A stretch of 64,000 bases of DNA from NCBI RefSeq assembly GCF_031253835.1, contig NZ_JAIRVP010000068.1, one strand, 5' to 3'. The notes under the pieces were generated by a model. That model worked only from the letters and a program-made list of their open reading frames with translations. It was not told the DNA's origin and did no database searches. Within the stretch, counting starts at the first letter, position 1; each line of letters starts with the position of its first letter. Below are positions 55,506-64,000 of the stretch, piece by piece. A program made the position numbers and the translations under genes. Source of the DNA: Burkholderia sp. GTDB lineage: Bacteria; Pseudomonadota; Gammaproteobacteria; Burkholderiales; Burkholderiaceae.

Positions 55506-57737
55506 TCAGAAATCATAAGTCAACGACACGCGCGCGGTGCGCGGCGCACCCGGGAACAGGTACGCATCGCCCTGCTGCTCGCCCGCGTCGCGCCAGTAGA
55601 ACTTGTTGAACAGGTTGTCGACCGACACGCGCAGCACCGTGCGATGACCGCCGATCTTCGTCGTGTAGCGCGCGCCGAGATTGAACACGAACCACGACGG
55701 CACGCGCGCGGTGCCTTCCTCGTTCGCATTGCGCGCCGCGCTGTACTCGACGCCGCCGAGCACGTTCAGCCCTGCGACGCCCGGCACCGCGTAGTCCGCA
55801 TACAGCGACGCGCGCAGCGCGGGCACGTTGATGATCTGGTGCCCTTCGTAGGCCGGCGAACCCGAATCGACTGCGCGGGCGCGAATCGCCGCGACGCTGG
55901 CAGTCAGCCCCAGCCGCTCGGTCACGCGCCCGGCCGCGCCAAGCTCGATCCCCTGGTGGCGCTGCGTGCCGCGCTGCACGAACGTGTACGACGTGCCCGA
56001 CGGATCCGGGTCGGCGAACTGGAACGGCTTGCTGATCGAGAACACGGCGGCCGTGAGGCTCAGCCGGTCGAGCCAGTCGTATTTCGCGCCGACCTCGATC
56101 TGGTGCGATTCGACGGGCGGCAGGAACGCATACGCGTTGGTCGCGCGCACGGGCGCCTGGTCGCCGAGCGACAGCGCCTTGCTGTACGACGCATACAGCG
56201 ACAGCACGTTCACCGGCTTGTAGACGAGCGCGACCTGCGGCAGGAACACCGAGCGGTCGGTGTGCGTCGTGTCGCCGTCGAGGCTGCTCCAGCTGCGCTG
56301 GCGCAGCAGCACCTCCTTGCCGCCCGCGAGCACCTGCCAGTGTTCGCCGATGCTGATGCGGTCGAGCCCGAACACGCCGTACTGCCACGCGTCGAGGCGC
56401 GGATACGACGGCCCCGGCGAATTCGGCGACGGCGAAAACGTCACGTCGGGCCCGTAGACATTTTCGCTGCCCACGTAGTCGTACACGGCATCGGCCATGT
56501 GCACGACGCGGCGCTGCACGCTCACGCCGAGCGTCAGCTCGTGCCGCAGCGGCCCCGTCGCGAACTTGCCGGTCGTGACCGCGCGCAAGTCGTCGTTGCG
56601 CCGGTATTCGCCGGGGCTGCGGAAGTCGTACACATCGTAGTCGCCGTTCGCACCGAAGAAGAACGGCGACGTCGCGCCGGCCGTGCAGCTCGCCGCATAC
56701 GAACAGCCGTACGCGAACGCGCTGTTGTCGTCGATCATCGTGCGGCTGCGGCCGGCGGCGATGTAGGCCTTCCAGTCGTCGTTGAACTGGTAGTCGAAGC
56801 GCGCGTTCAGGTTCAGCGCGTCGGTCGTCACGGGTTTCGCCCACGGCTGCGTGCCGAGCGCCTTCGACGTCGTCTTGACCGACGGCACGACGGTGCCGCC
56901 GAGCAGCTGGTAGCCGGGCGCGGAACGCTGGATCCACTGCTGGAATTCGGCGTTGAGCTGCAGGCTGGCGCGCGGGCTGATGTCCCAGTCGGCGGCGATC
57001 GAACCGAACGTGCGCCGTCCGTTCGTGCCGTCGATATAGGAGTGCATGTTCTCCTTCGCGGCATTGATCCGGAAGCCGAACTGGTTATCGGGGCCGAAGC
57101 GGCGGCCGAGATCGACGGCCGCCGACGTCGAGCCGCGGCTGTCGACGCCGCCCGTCACGCTCGACACGTTCGCGGAGCGCTTGGTCACGAAGTTGATCAC
57201 GCCGCCCGGCGCGACGACGCCGCTGTCGATGCCCGCGAGCCCTTTCAGGATCTCGACGCGCTCCTTGTTCTCGAGCGGCACGTTCTGCTCGCCGGACACC
57301 GTCAGCCCGTCGATCCGGATCGCGCTCGCGAGATCGACCGGAAAGCCGCGGATCGCGAAGCCTTCGAAATAGCCGACCGGCGCGTAGTCGTTGACGACCG
57401 ACGCGTCGTTGCGCACGACGTCGCTCAGCCGCTTCGCCTGCTGGTCGTCGATCAGCGCGCGCGTGACGACGTTCACCGACGCCGGCGTATCGCGCAGCGG
57501 CGCGTCGTCGAGCCCCGCGACCGAGGCGTCGCGCGCGCGCAGCGTGCTGCCGCGCTCGCCGCTCACCGTGATCGCGGGCAGCGTCGCCGTGCCCGCCGCG
57601 TCGGCGTCCGGTACGGGCGCGTCGCCCTGTGCCGCGGCGGCCTGCGCCGCGAAAAGCGTGATGCCGAGGCCGACTCCGAGCCCGGCCTTCGTGCGCCGCC
57701 GCCGTGCGGACGTCGCTGTTGTTCTATTCACCGTCAT
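55506..57737 (-). CDS. TonB-dependent outer-membrane receptor
   Basis: An internal Met is followed by a signal peptide (MTVNRTTATSARRRRTKAGLGVGLGITLFAAQAAAA), then a plug domain and a 22-strand barrel ending RVSLTYDF. Confidence 0.9.
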   Translation of the reverse strand: MTVNRTTATSARRRRTKAGLGVGLGITLFAAQAAAAQGDAPVPDADAAGTATLPAITVSGERGSTLRARDASVAGLDDAPLRDTPASVNVVTRALIDDQQAKRLSDVVRNDASVVNDYAPVGYFEGFAIRGFPVDLASAIRIDGLTVSGEQNVPLENKERVEILKGLAGIDSGVVAPGGVINFVTKRSANVSSVTGGVDSRGSTSAAVDLGRRFGPDNQFGFRINAAKENMHSYIDGTNGRRTFGSIAADWDISPRASLQLNAEFQQWIQRSAPGYQLLGGTVVPSVKTTSKALGTQPWAKPVTTDALNLNARFDYQFNDDWKAYIAAGRSRTMIDDNSAFAYGCSYAASCTAGATSPFFFGANGDYDVYDFRSPGEYRRNDDLRAVTTGKFATGPLRHELTLGVSVQRRVVHMADAVYDYVGSENVYGPDVTFSPSPNSPGPSYPRLDAWQYGVFGLDRISIGEHWQVLAGGKEVLLRQRSWSSLDGDTTHTDRSVFLPQVALVYKPVNVLSLYASYSKALSLGDQAPVRATNAYAFLPPVESHQIEVGAKYDWLDRLSLTAAVFSISKPFQFADPDPSGTSYTFVQRGTQRHQGIELGAAGRVTERLGLTASVAAIRARAVDSGSPAYEGHQIINVPALRASLYADYAVPGVAGLNVLGGVEYSAARNANEEGTARVPSWFVFNLGARYTTKIGGHRTVLRVSVDNLFNKFYWRDAGEQQGDAYLFPGAPRTARVSLTYDF

Positions 57738-58336
57738 TGTTCTGGATGGAAAACTCGCCACTCGACCCTGTCGAAACACGTTACGAAGCTGCGAAGCGTG
57801 CCCCCGCAGGTGCAATCCGCACCGTCACCGGCCGCGTGCGTCGACACGAGATTCATCCGACGAACCGGACGATACGGCACGCACGCGTGCCGGCCGGTCA
57901 GGAAGACGCAGGATGGGACATCGGATTCAGGTGACGCGCCGGGCACCGGCGCAGCCGCCGACGGGTTCGTCGGGAACTGGCAGGCGGCCGGCGGCATCGC
58001 GCGGTCGTGTCATGCGGGGGACGCTTCGAACGCCCCGGTGCGGGCGGCGGGCACTTGCGCCGGCCGTTCATCGGAACGGCGGCCTGCCCGTCGCGCGCGA
58101 CATCGCGGCGTGGCGCGCATTTTACCCCGGGCGGGACCGAGGGCCGTGGAATCGGGCGGAACGGCAGGCGGGAGCGGCGAGACCGGGGAAATTGGCTTCG
58201 GGCGGTACGGCATCGGCGGCGATGCGACTGCGGTGCCCGTGGTGTGTGGCGACTTCGACAACCGGTGCAGTCATGCGCCGGTCGAACGAACGAAAACCGG
58301 AGCGGGCATGACGGCCCGCTGCCGGTTCAACGCCGC

Positions 58337-58540
58337 TCAGAACCCCTGCATCGTCACGGTCGGATCGACGACGAGATGCACGACGCCGTAGATCACCGCG
58401 CCGACCAGCAGCGCAAGCAGGATCGCGACGAACGGCAGCAACGTGAAGTTGGCGTTCGCGAGATCGGTCGCATGCGCCTTGCTGTTGCGCACGCCGAAGA
58501 AACTCCACAGGACCAGGCGGACCATGCCGAGCAGTTTCAT
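58337..58540 (-). CDS. Small membrane protein (67 aa; DUF2970-like)
   Basis: The protein MKLLGMVRLVLWSFFGVRNSKAHATDLANANFTLLPFVAILLALLVGAVIYGVVHLV predicts two TM helices. A hairpin plus T-rich tract follows on the minus strand. Confidence 0.5.
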   Translation of the reverse strand: MKLLGMVRLVLWSFFGVRNSKAHATDLANANFTLLPFVAILLALLVGAVIYGVVHLVVDPTVTMQGF

Positions 58541-58662
58541 GATGGGCTCCTTTCATCGAATCGGTTGACGCTATCGTCGATCCGACCGGCATCCGAAAAA
58601 AGAAGCAGTTGCGCGCGCTTTTCGCGCAGCAGGCCGTCTGCGGCGGCATGTCGCAGGGCGTG

Positions 58663-60717
58663 TCAGCGGTCGAGCACGAGCGGCTCCGCCGCGCCTGTCG
58701 CGGGCCGCGCGACGCACAGCAGCGCGCAACCCGGTTCGACCGGTGCATCGGGCGTTTGCTCGTAGTCGACCGCACCGGACAGCACGCGCGTCGCGCACGT
58801 GCCGCACGAACCGGTCCGGCATTCGGACGGCACGGCAACGCCCTGCCCCTCGGCGAATTCGAGCAGCGGGCCGTCGGCCGACGTCCATGCGGCTTCGCGC
58901 CCCGTGCGCCGGAACACGACCGGCACGCTCGCCGCCGGCGTCGCCGATGCGCGGGTCGTGCTGCGCGAGACGCTCGACGGCCCGAACGCCTCGAAGCGGA
59001 TGCGTTCGTCCGGCACGTTCAGCGCACGCAGCCCGTCGTACAGGTCGCGCATGAACGCCGCCGGCCCGCACAGGTAGAAGTCGTAGTCGTCGAACGACAG
59101 GATCCGCTTCAGCTGCGCGACGTCGATGCGGCCGGCCCGCGCTGCCGAGCGTTCGTCAGGATGACTGTCGAACCAGTGAAGCGACAGCCGTGGATCGGCG
59201 GCCGCGATGCCCGCCAGCTGCGTCGCGAACGGCCGGTCGGCCGCTTCACGCGCGCCGTGCACGAACACGACGCGGCGCGACGGTGCGTCGTCGGCCAGCG
59301 CGTGGCGCAGCATCGCAACCATCGGCGTGATGCCGATACCGGCCGACACGAGCACGGCCGGGCGCGGGCTCGCGACATCGAACGTGAAGCGGCCGCGCGG
59401 CATCTGCGCGTCGAGCGTCATGCCGGCCTGCGCGTGATCGTGCAGCCACGCCGATACGTGCCCTTCGCGCTTCACCGTGATCCGGTAATGCGCGCCGCCC
59501 GGTGCATCGGACAGCGTGTAGCTGCGAATCGACGGCGCCTCGCTGCCCGGCAGCGCGACGCGCAATGTCAGGTGCTGCCCGGCTTCGTAGGCGGGCAACG
59601 CACCGCCGTCCGCCGGTTCGAAATGGAACGAGCGAATCGCGCGCGCTTCGTCGACGATCTTCGCGATACGCAGCGGCCGCCATGCGGGGGCCGCTGCGGA
59701 CGGCGCAGGCGCAGGCGCCGCCTTCACCGATTCGCCGGTACCGGCCGCCATCGCCGCGAACTGCGGCGCACGCTCGACCTCGGACCACCGGAACGGCAGT
59801 ACCGCGCGCAGGCGCCGCACTTCCCGCACATGGAACCGCACGACACGCTGCGCGCCGTCGAACGACGCGACGAGCGGCCCGTCCCATACGATTTCCGCAC
59901 GCGCGGCGACGACCAGCAGGTCGCCGCTGTCGAAATCGATGAACAGCAGCCCCGCGCGCGGATCGTGCTGCAGGTTGCCGAGCGTGTTGAAGAAGCGGTT
60001 GCCGCTGAAATCCGGCGTCGTCAGCGTATGCGCATCGTCGACGCGCACGAAGCCCGGCATCCCGCCGCGATGCGACACGTCCGCGCCGCGTGCCGCACCC
60101 GCATCGGCCGACGTGTTCGCACTCGCGACGAAGAACGTATCGGCCTGCGCGAGCAGCGCACGATCGGCGTCGCTCAATGCGTCCGACACGTCGGGCGCGA
60201 CGGCGGCATCGACTTCGCGTGCCACGAAAGCGGGCTTGCGGCCCTGGATGTACTTCGCGCAGTTGCCGAAGCTCTGCTCGACCGCGATCGTCAGCGCATC
60301 GCCGTCGACCGCGCGCACGACGCCGTTCACGCGATTGCGCCGCCGCGTGTCGAATTCGATCCCGAGCCCGCCGAGCGCGGCGCCCGGCCGCCACGCGCCC
60401 GCCAGCGGATCGCCTGGCAGCGCGCGCGCCGCGATGCGCAGCGTGCGGGCGTCCGGCGACGTGACGAACCCCGGCGCACCGGCGCGCAGCGTCGCCCACG
60501 GCTGGCCGTGCGCATCGACGCCGCCGAGCACGAAGAACGGCAGTTGCGCGAAAAACGTCCGGTGCTGGTCCGGCATGAAGCGCCGGATCCCGCGCCGGCC
60601 GGCCGCGCCCGCGGCCTCCGTCACGCCCGCGCGTTGCTGCACGGCGAGTTCGCCCGCATGAAACGGCGCGGTATCGAGTTCCCAACCCGGTACGACGGCG
60701 GTCGGCGCGTTCATCAC
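58663..60717 (-). CDS. Three-domain oxidoreductase: a pyridoxamine-5'-phosphate-oxidase-like FMN-binding domain, an FNR-like FAD/NAD(P) reductase and a plant-type 2Fe-2S ferredoxin
   Basis: The N-domain (MNAPTAVVPGWELDTAPFHAGELAVQQRAGV...) is PNPOx-like. The FNR motifs are RSYTLSD and GIGITPM. The C-terminus carries CRTGSCGTCATRV...C. Confidence 0.85.
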   Translation of the reverse strand: MMNAPTAVVPGWELDTAPFHAGELAVQQRAGVTEAAGAAGRRGIRRFMPDQHRTFFAQLPFFVLGGVDAHGQPWATLRAGAPGFVTSPDARTLRIAARALPGDPLAGAWRPGAALGGLGIEFDTRRRNRVNGVVRAVDGDALTIAVEQSFGNCAKYIQGRKPAFVAREVDAAVAPDVSDALSDADRALLAQADTFFVASANTSADAGAARGADVSHRGGMPGFVRVDDAHTLTTPDFSGNRFFNTLGNLQHDPRAGLLFIDFDSGDLLVVAARAEIVWDGPLVASFDGAQRVVRFHVREVRRLRAVLPFRWSEVERAPQFAAMAAGTGESVKAAPAPAPSAAAPAWRPLRIAKIVDEARAIRSFHFEPADGGALPAYEAGQHLTLRVALPGSEAPSIRSYTLSDAPGGAHYRITVKREGHVSAWLHDHAQAGMTLDAQMPRGRFTFDVASPRPAVLVSAGIGITPMVAMLRHALADDAPSRRVVFVHGAREAADRPFATQLAGIAAADPRLSLHWFDSHPDERSAARAGRIDVAQLKRILSFDDYDFYLCGPAAFMRDLYDGLRALNVPDERIRFEAFGPSSVSRSTTRASATPAASVPVVFRRTGREAAWTSADGPLLEFAEGQGVAVPSECRTGSCGTCATRVLSGAVDYEQTPDAPVEPGCALLCVARPATGAAEPLVLDR

Positions 60718-60751
60718 GTTCTCCCTTGAGCAGACGCGGCTGCGGTGGCCG

Positions 60752-61396
60752 TTACGCGGCGAGCAGGCCCGCACGCGTCGCCGGCATGGCGACGAAGCCC
60801 GGCAGCGCCTCGACACGCGCGAGCCATGCACGCACGTGCGGATACGGTTCGAGCGACACGCCGCCTTCCGGTGCGTGCGCGATGTACGTGTATGCGGCGA
60901 TGTCGGCGATCGTCGGCTGCGCGCCGGCCGCGAACGGCTTGCCGGCCAGCTCGCGATCGATCACGTCGAGCACCTTCGCGGCCGTGCGCTTGGCCGCCTC
61001 CGGGTCGAGCGGCGCGCCGAACACGGTCACGAGCCGTGCGGCGGCCGGGCCCGACGCGATCGGGCCGGCCGCGTACGACAGCCAGCGCTGCACCACGGCA
61101 GCGCCGGCCGGATCGTCGGGCAGCCAGTGCGCGTCGCCGTAGCGCTTCGCGAGGTACACGAGGATCGCGTTCGAATCGGCGATCACGGTGCCGCCGTCGT
61201 CGATCACCGGCACCTGCCCGAGCGGATTGAGCGCGAGGAACGCCGGGTCGCGCTGCGCGCCGGCCGCGAGATCGACGTCGACGGTCTCGGACGGCAGCCC
61301 GAGCAGCGACAGGAACAGCCGGACACGGTGCGCATGCCCCGAGAGCACGAACGAATAGACGCGGATCGGCGAGGCAGGCTTGCTGGCGGCAGACAT
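60752..61396 (-). CDS. Glutathione S-transferase
   Basis: The N-terminal thioredoxin fold is IRVYSFVLSGHAHRVRLFLSLLGLP...VPVIDDGGTVIADSNAILVYLAKRY. Confidence 0.9.
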   Translation of the reverse strand: MSAASKPASPIRVYSFVLSGHAHRVRLFLSLLGLPSETVDVDLAAGAQRDPAFLALNPLGQVPVIDDGGTVIADSNAILVYLAKRYGDAHWLPDDPAGAAVVQRWLSYAAGPIASGPAAARLVTVFGAPLDPEAAKRTAAKVLDVIDRELAGKPFAAGAQPTIADIAAYTYIAHAPEGGVSLEPYPHVRAWLARVEALPGFVAMPATRAGLLAA

Positions 61397-61522
61397 GGAA
61401 ACACTCCGGAATCTCGCGCCGCCGGGAGTCGGCGACGAACGGCTCCAGCGTAGCGCTCGCCGTACATCGCCAGAAGACGGATAATCGCGGAAACATTATC
61501 CGCTTTCATAGGACAATCGACG

Positions 61523-62476
61523 ATGGCCGACCTGCGCGACGTGAACCTGAACCGGCTGGCGATCTTCGTCGCGGTGGTCGATGCCGGCTCGCTGACGGCC
61601 GCGGCCGAGCGGCTCGGCCTCGCGAAGACGGTCGTCAGCACGCACATGCAGCGCCTCGAATCCGAGGTCGGCGCGAACCTGCTGGTGCGCACGACGCGGC
61701 GGCTGAGCGTGACCGATGCGGGGCGCGTGTTCTACGACGCGTGCCGCGACATCGTGCGCGCGACCGAAACCGCGCTCGATGCGGTGTCGTCCGACGCGGG
61801 GCCGCTGCGCGGCACGCTGCGCGTGAGCGTGCCGATCGACTATGGCGCGCTGGTCGTCGCGCCGGCCGTCGTCGCGCTGCGCGACCGGCATCCGGGGCTC
61901 GATGTCGAACTGGTCGCGAACGACCGCGTCGTCGACCTCGTCGCCGACAACCTCGACGTCGCGATCCGGATCGGCCGCCTCGCCGATTCGAACTATCGCG
62001 CGGTGCAGCTCGGCACCTACGAGAAATGGCTGGTCGCGAGCCCCGCGTTCATCGCGCGACACGGGCTGCCGCGCGATACGGATGCGCTCGCCGCGCTGCC
62101 GTTCGTGATGCTGTCGACGCTGCCGCGCCCGCATACGCTCGAACTCGATCACGTGCGCGACGGCCGCGCGGCGGTCCGCTGCGTCGCGCCGGTCGTGTCG
62201 AACACCGCGACCGCGTGCCGCGCGATCGTGCTCGCGGGCGGCGGCTTCGGGCTGCTGACGGATTTCTCGACCGCGGAAGACGTCGCGGCCGGCCGGCTCG
62301 TGCGGCTGCTGCCGGGGTGGCACACCGCGCCGGCCGGGATCCACGCGGTGTATCCGTCGACGCGGCTGCCGTCACCGAAGGTACGGGCGTTCATCGACGC
62401 GATGAAGGCGAGGATCGCCGAGACGCAGCCGGCAGCACCCGCGCGGCCGGCTCGATCGACACGCGCGGACGGCTGA
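61523..62476 (+). CDS. LysR-family transcriptional regulator, divergent from the GST gene
   Basis: The HTH reads LNRLAIFVAVVDAGSLTAAAERLGLAKTVVSTHMQRLESEVGANLLVRTTRR. Confidence 0.9.
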   Translation: MADLRDVNLNRLAIFVAVVDAGSLTAAAERLGLAKTVVSTHMQRLESEVGANLLVRTTRRLSVTDAGRVFYDACRDIVRATETALDAVSSDAGPLRGTLRVSVPIDYGALVVAPAVVALRDRHPGLDVELVANDRVVDLVADNLDVAIRIGRLADSNYRAVQLGTYEKWLVASPAFIARHGLPRDTDALAALPFVMLSTLPRPHTLELDHVRDGRAAVRCVAPVVSNTATACRAIVLAGGGFGLLTDFSTAEDVAAGRLVRLLPGWHTAPAGIHAVYPSTRLPSPKVRAFIDAMKARIAETQPAAPARPARSTRADG

Positions 62477-62683
62477 ATCCGGATCGCCGCACGCTCATAT
62501 TTCCGTCCAAACCCCTTTGGCAAAGCGTTTACGCCCCGGACAAATACGCCCCTTTATTCTTCATAAAAAATAACGCATTGCTTTCCCGATTTTCTACTAG
62601 TCTTGTTTCCGGTAATACGCAAATACGCGTTTACCGGAACGTTTCAATTCTCCTCTTTATTCAATCAACCAAGGAGTCTGGAA

Positions 62684-62947
62684 ATGCAAACCGCCGCAAT
62701 TTCATGGGGAACCACGCCGTCGATTCGTGTCTATACGGCCAACGGCAACAAGATCACCGAACGCTGCTACGACGGCCAGAACTGGTACACGGGCGCGTTC
62801 AACCAGGCAGGCGACAACGTGTCGGCGACGTGCTGGCTGGTCGGAAGCGCCATCCACATCCGCGTGTACGCGACCAGCGGCGGCACGACGACCGAGTATT
62901 GCTGGGACGGTGACGGCTGGACCCGGGGCGGATACACGGGTTCCTGA
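62684..62947 (+). CDS. bambL: Fucose-binding lectin (RSL/BambL family; two-blade unit of a six-bladed beta-propeller assembled by trimerisation)
   Basis: An AAGGAG SD precedes the start. From my recall, [87 protein letters not shown] is near-identical to Burkholderia ambifaria BambL and about 80% identical to Ralstonia RSL. Confidence 0.9.
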   Translation: MQTAAISWGTTPSIRVYTANGNKITERCYDGQNWYTGAFNQAGDNVSATCWLVGSAIHIRVYATSGGTTTEYCWDGDGWTRGGYTGS

Positions 62948-63163
62948 TCGAACGTGCCTGGGGCGCCGAGGGTTGAGCGCCACGATCGGCGCAATGCGAG
63001 CCGTTTTCCATTGCGCCGCTTTTTAATTGCCATCGCATCGCGCCCATCAATTAATGATGCACATGGAAAAATTAATTTGGCGACAATTTCAAACCGGATC
63101 ATTAATTGCAATTCAATCTCTTTTTATTTATTAAAAAGACGATTAAATCGCACGCAATGACGA

Positions 63164-63208
63164 CACGGCACTCCGAGCGCCGTGCGGTCGTCCTGTTCTT
63201 TTCATTTT
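63164..63208 (+). terminator. Hairpin CACGGC-actccgagc-GCCGTG followed by a T-rich tract (CTGTTCTTTTCATTTTCGG); candidate terminator for the lectin transcript
   Basis: A 6-bp GC stem is followed by a T-rich run on the + strand only. Confidence 0.45.
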
Positions 63209-63257
63209 CGGCCTGCCATCGCCGGATAATCACGGAAACGGCGTAATGCCATCCGGT

Positions 63258-63914
63258 CTACCCGATTTCCCGCAACGTCCCCAGCAGCACCCGCCGGCAA
63301 CTCGCGATCATCTGCGCCTCCGGATCGCGATATTCGGTGAGCAACCATGCAGCGCCGACGTTCGTCATCGCGCCGACGAGCGCGAGCCCGATCAGCCGCT
63401 GCTCGGTGCGCTCCGCGGGCGTGGCCGCCTCATGCGGCGCGCCGATCGCCATGATGAGCTTGCCGAAGTCGATCAGCATGCGCTGGTACGTCATGTCGGT
63501 ATCCGCGCTCACGCCCATCACCTCGAGCAGCAGCACGCGCGCCGCGCACGGGTCGCGCAGGAACGCGAAGAACGCGGCGAGCCCCGCGTCGACGCTCTCG
63601 CGCAGATCGCCGCCGCGTGCGGCCACCGCCTGCGCGACCGCGTCATGCAGCTGCTGCGCGTGATGCAGGTAGGTGCAGCGCAGCAAATCCTCGGTGCTGT
63701 CGAACGCCGCGTAGAAATAGCGATCGTTCAGCTTCGCTTCCTGGCAGATCGACCGCACGGTCGCCTTGCGGAACCCGACCGTGCCGAACACGCGCGTCGC
63801 CGCGCGGATCAACGCGTCGCGCCGCTCGGCGGCCCGTACCTCGGGCGCCACGCCGCCATACGACCGGCCCCTTTTTTCCGTTTCGAGTGCTTTCTCCATT
63901 CCGCTATTTGACAT
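63258..63914 (-). CDS. TetR-family transcriptional regulator
   Basis: The HTH reads ALIRAATRVFGTVGFRKATVRSICQEAKLNDRYFYAAF. Confidence 0.85.
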   Translation of the reverse strand: MSNSGMEKALETEKRGRSYGGVAPEVRAAERRDALIRAATRVFGTVGFRKATVRSICQEAKLNDRYFYAAFDSTEDLLRCTYLHHAQQLHDAVAQAVAARGGDLRESVDAGLAAFFAFLRDPCAARVLLLEVMGVSADTDMTYQRMLIDFGKLIMAIGAPHEAATPAERTEQRLIGLALVGAMTNVGAAWLLTEYRDPEAQMIASCRRVLLGTLREIG

Positions 63915-64000
63915 CAGGACACCCGAAAACTAAAGTGGTGACGATCAACACCACAATAGACGCGCCGCCGGTGCAGCGCAAGCGGAACGGGAGGAACGAC

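Noticed and set aside
57738-58336. TPP (THI-box) riboswitch upstream of the TonB receptor-PnuC-kinase operon
   Set aside because: This is the expected arrangement for thiamine salvage, but the invariant CTGAGA (TCTCAG on the plus strand) is absent from the whole leader. Cobalamin-like fragments (GGTGCC, AATCCG, CCCCCGCA) occur, but in the wrong order, and no B12 box is present.
58609-60729. 706-aa plus-strand ORF antisense to the PNPOx-FNR-ferredoxin gene
   Set aside because: It is a shadow ORF with Arg/Ala-rich composition, and the minus-strand frame carries three recognisable cofactor-binding domains.

Overview
This is a high-GC (about 67%) beta-proteobacterial chromosomal segment. The gene content and an 87-aa fucose-lectin ORF near-identical to BambL/RSL suggest Burkholderia (cepacia complex, likely B. 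ambifaria); the genus call is my own recall-based inference. About 60 protein genes are supported, in this order: the kdp operon start (kdpF plus an extra small TM peptide, then kdpA running off the window edge); the first of two porin paralogs; a HutC-like GntR regulator; a GT1 glycosyltransferase divergent from a TetR; a second TetR with two palindromic operator-like sites in front of a lipoprotein/MCE (PqiB-like) pair; an alpha/beta hydrolase; a CatR-like LysR; lysP with a long AT-rich leader; a GGDEF sensor; a FUSC exporter; argG; a tartrate utilisation set (LysR, tartrate dehydrogenase, ACS-family MFS); a hipBA toxin-antitoxin on a low-GC patch; and an AraC/LysE pair. The most unusual locus is an RNA-repair module. 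It consists of rtcR (sigma-54 enhancer-binding protein), then a -24/-12 promoter, then a leader carrying two tRNA-like elements (shared GTTCGAATC T-loops, and in the second a D-arm and 7-bp acceptor stem but a GAAA-capped stem in place of an anticodon loop), then a cytoplasmic SPFH/band-7 protein, rtcB and a pol-beta-type nucleotidyltransferase. This resembles the Y-RNA (YrlA)-containing rtc operons, but no Ro/Rsr gene is present. After that come metY, a ZIP transporter, two DUF4148-like small secreted paralogs that share an upstream ATGACGGTTnCGTCA palindrome, the second porin, an APH-family kinase and a complete czcCBA-czcRS metal-efflux cluster. These are followed by a low-GC island encoding a signal-less aspzincin (HExxH...GxxDxxYG) metalloprotease plus a small secreted partner, and a TonB receptor / PnuC-like / APH-like kinase operon behind a roughly 550-nt leader that carries no TPP box. 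The window ends with a PNPOx-FNR-ferredoxin fusion oxidoreductase, GST, a LysR, the BambL-like lectin on AT-rich flanks, and a TetR. No rRNA, canonical tRNA, CRISPR array or transposase was seen.
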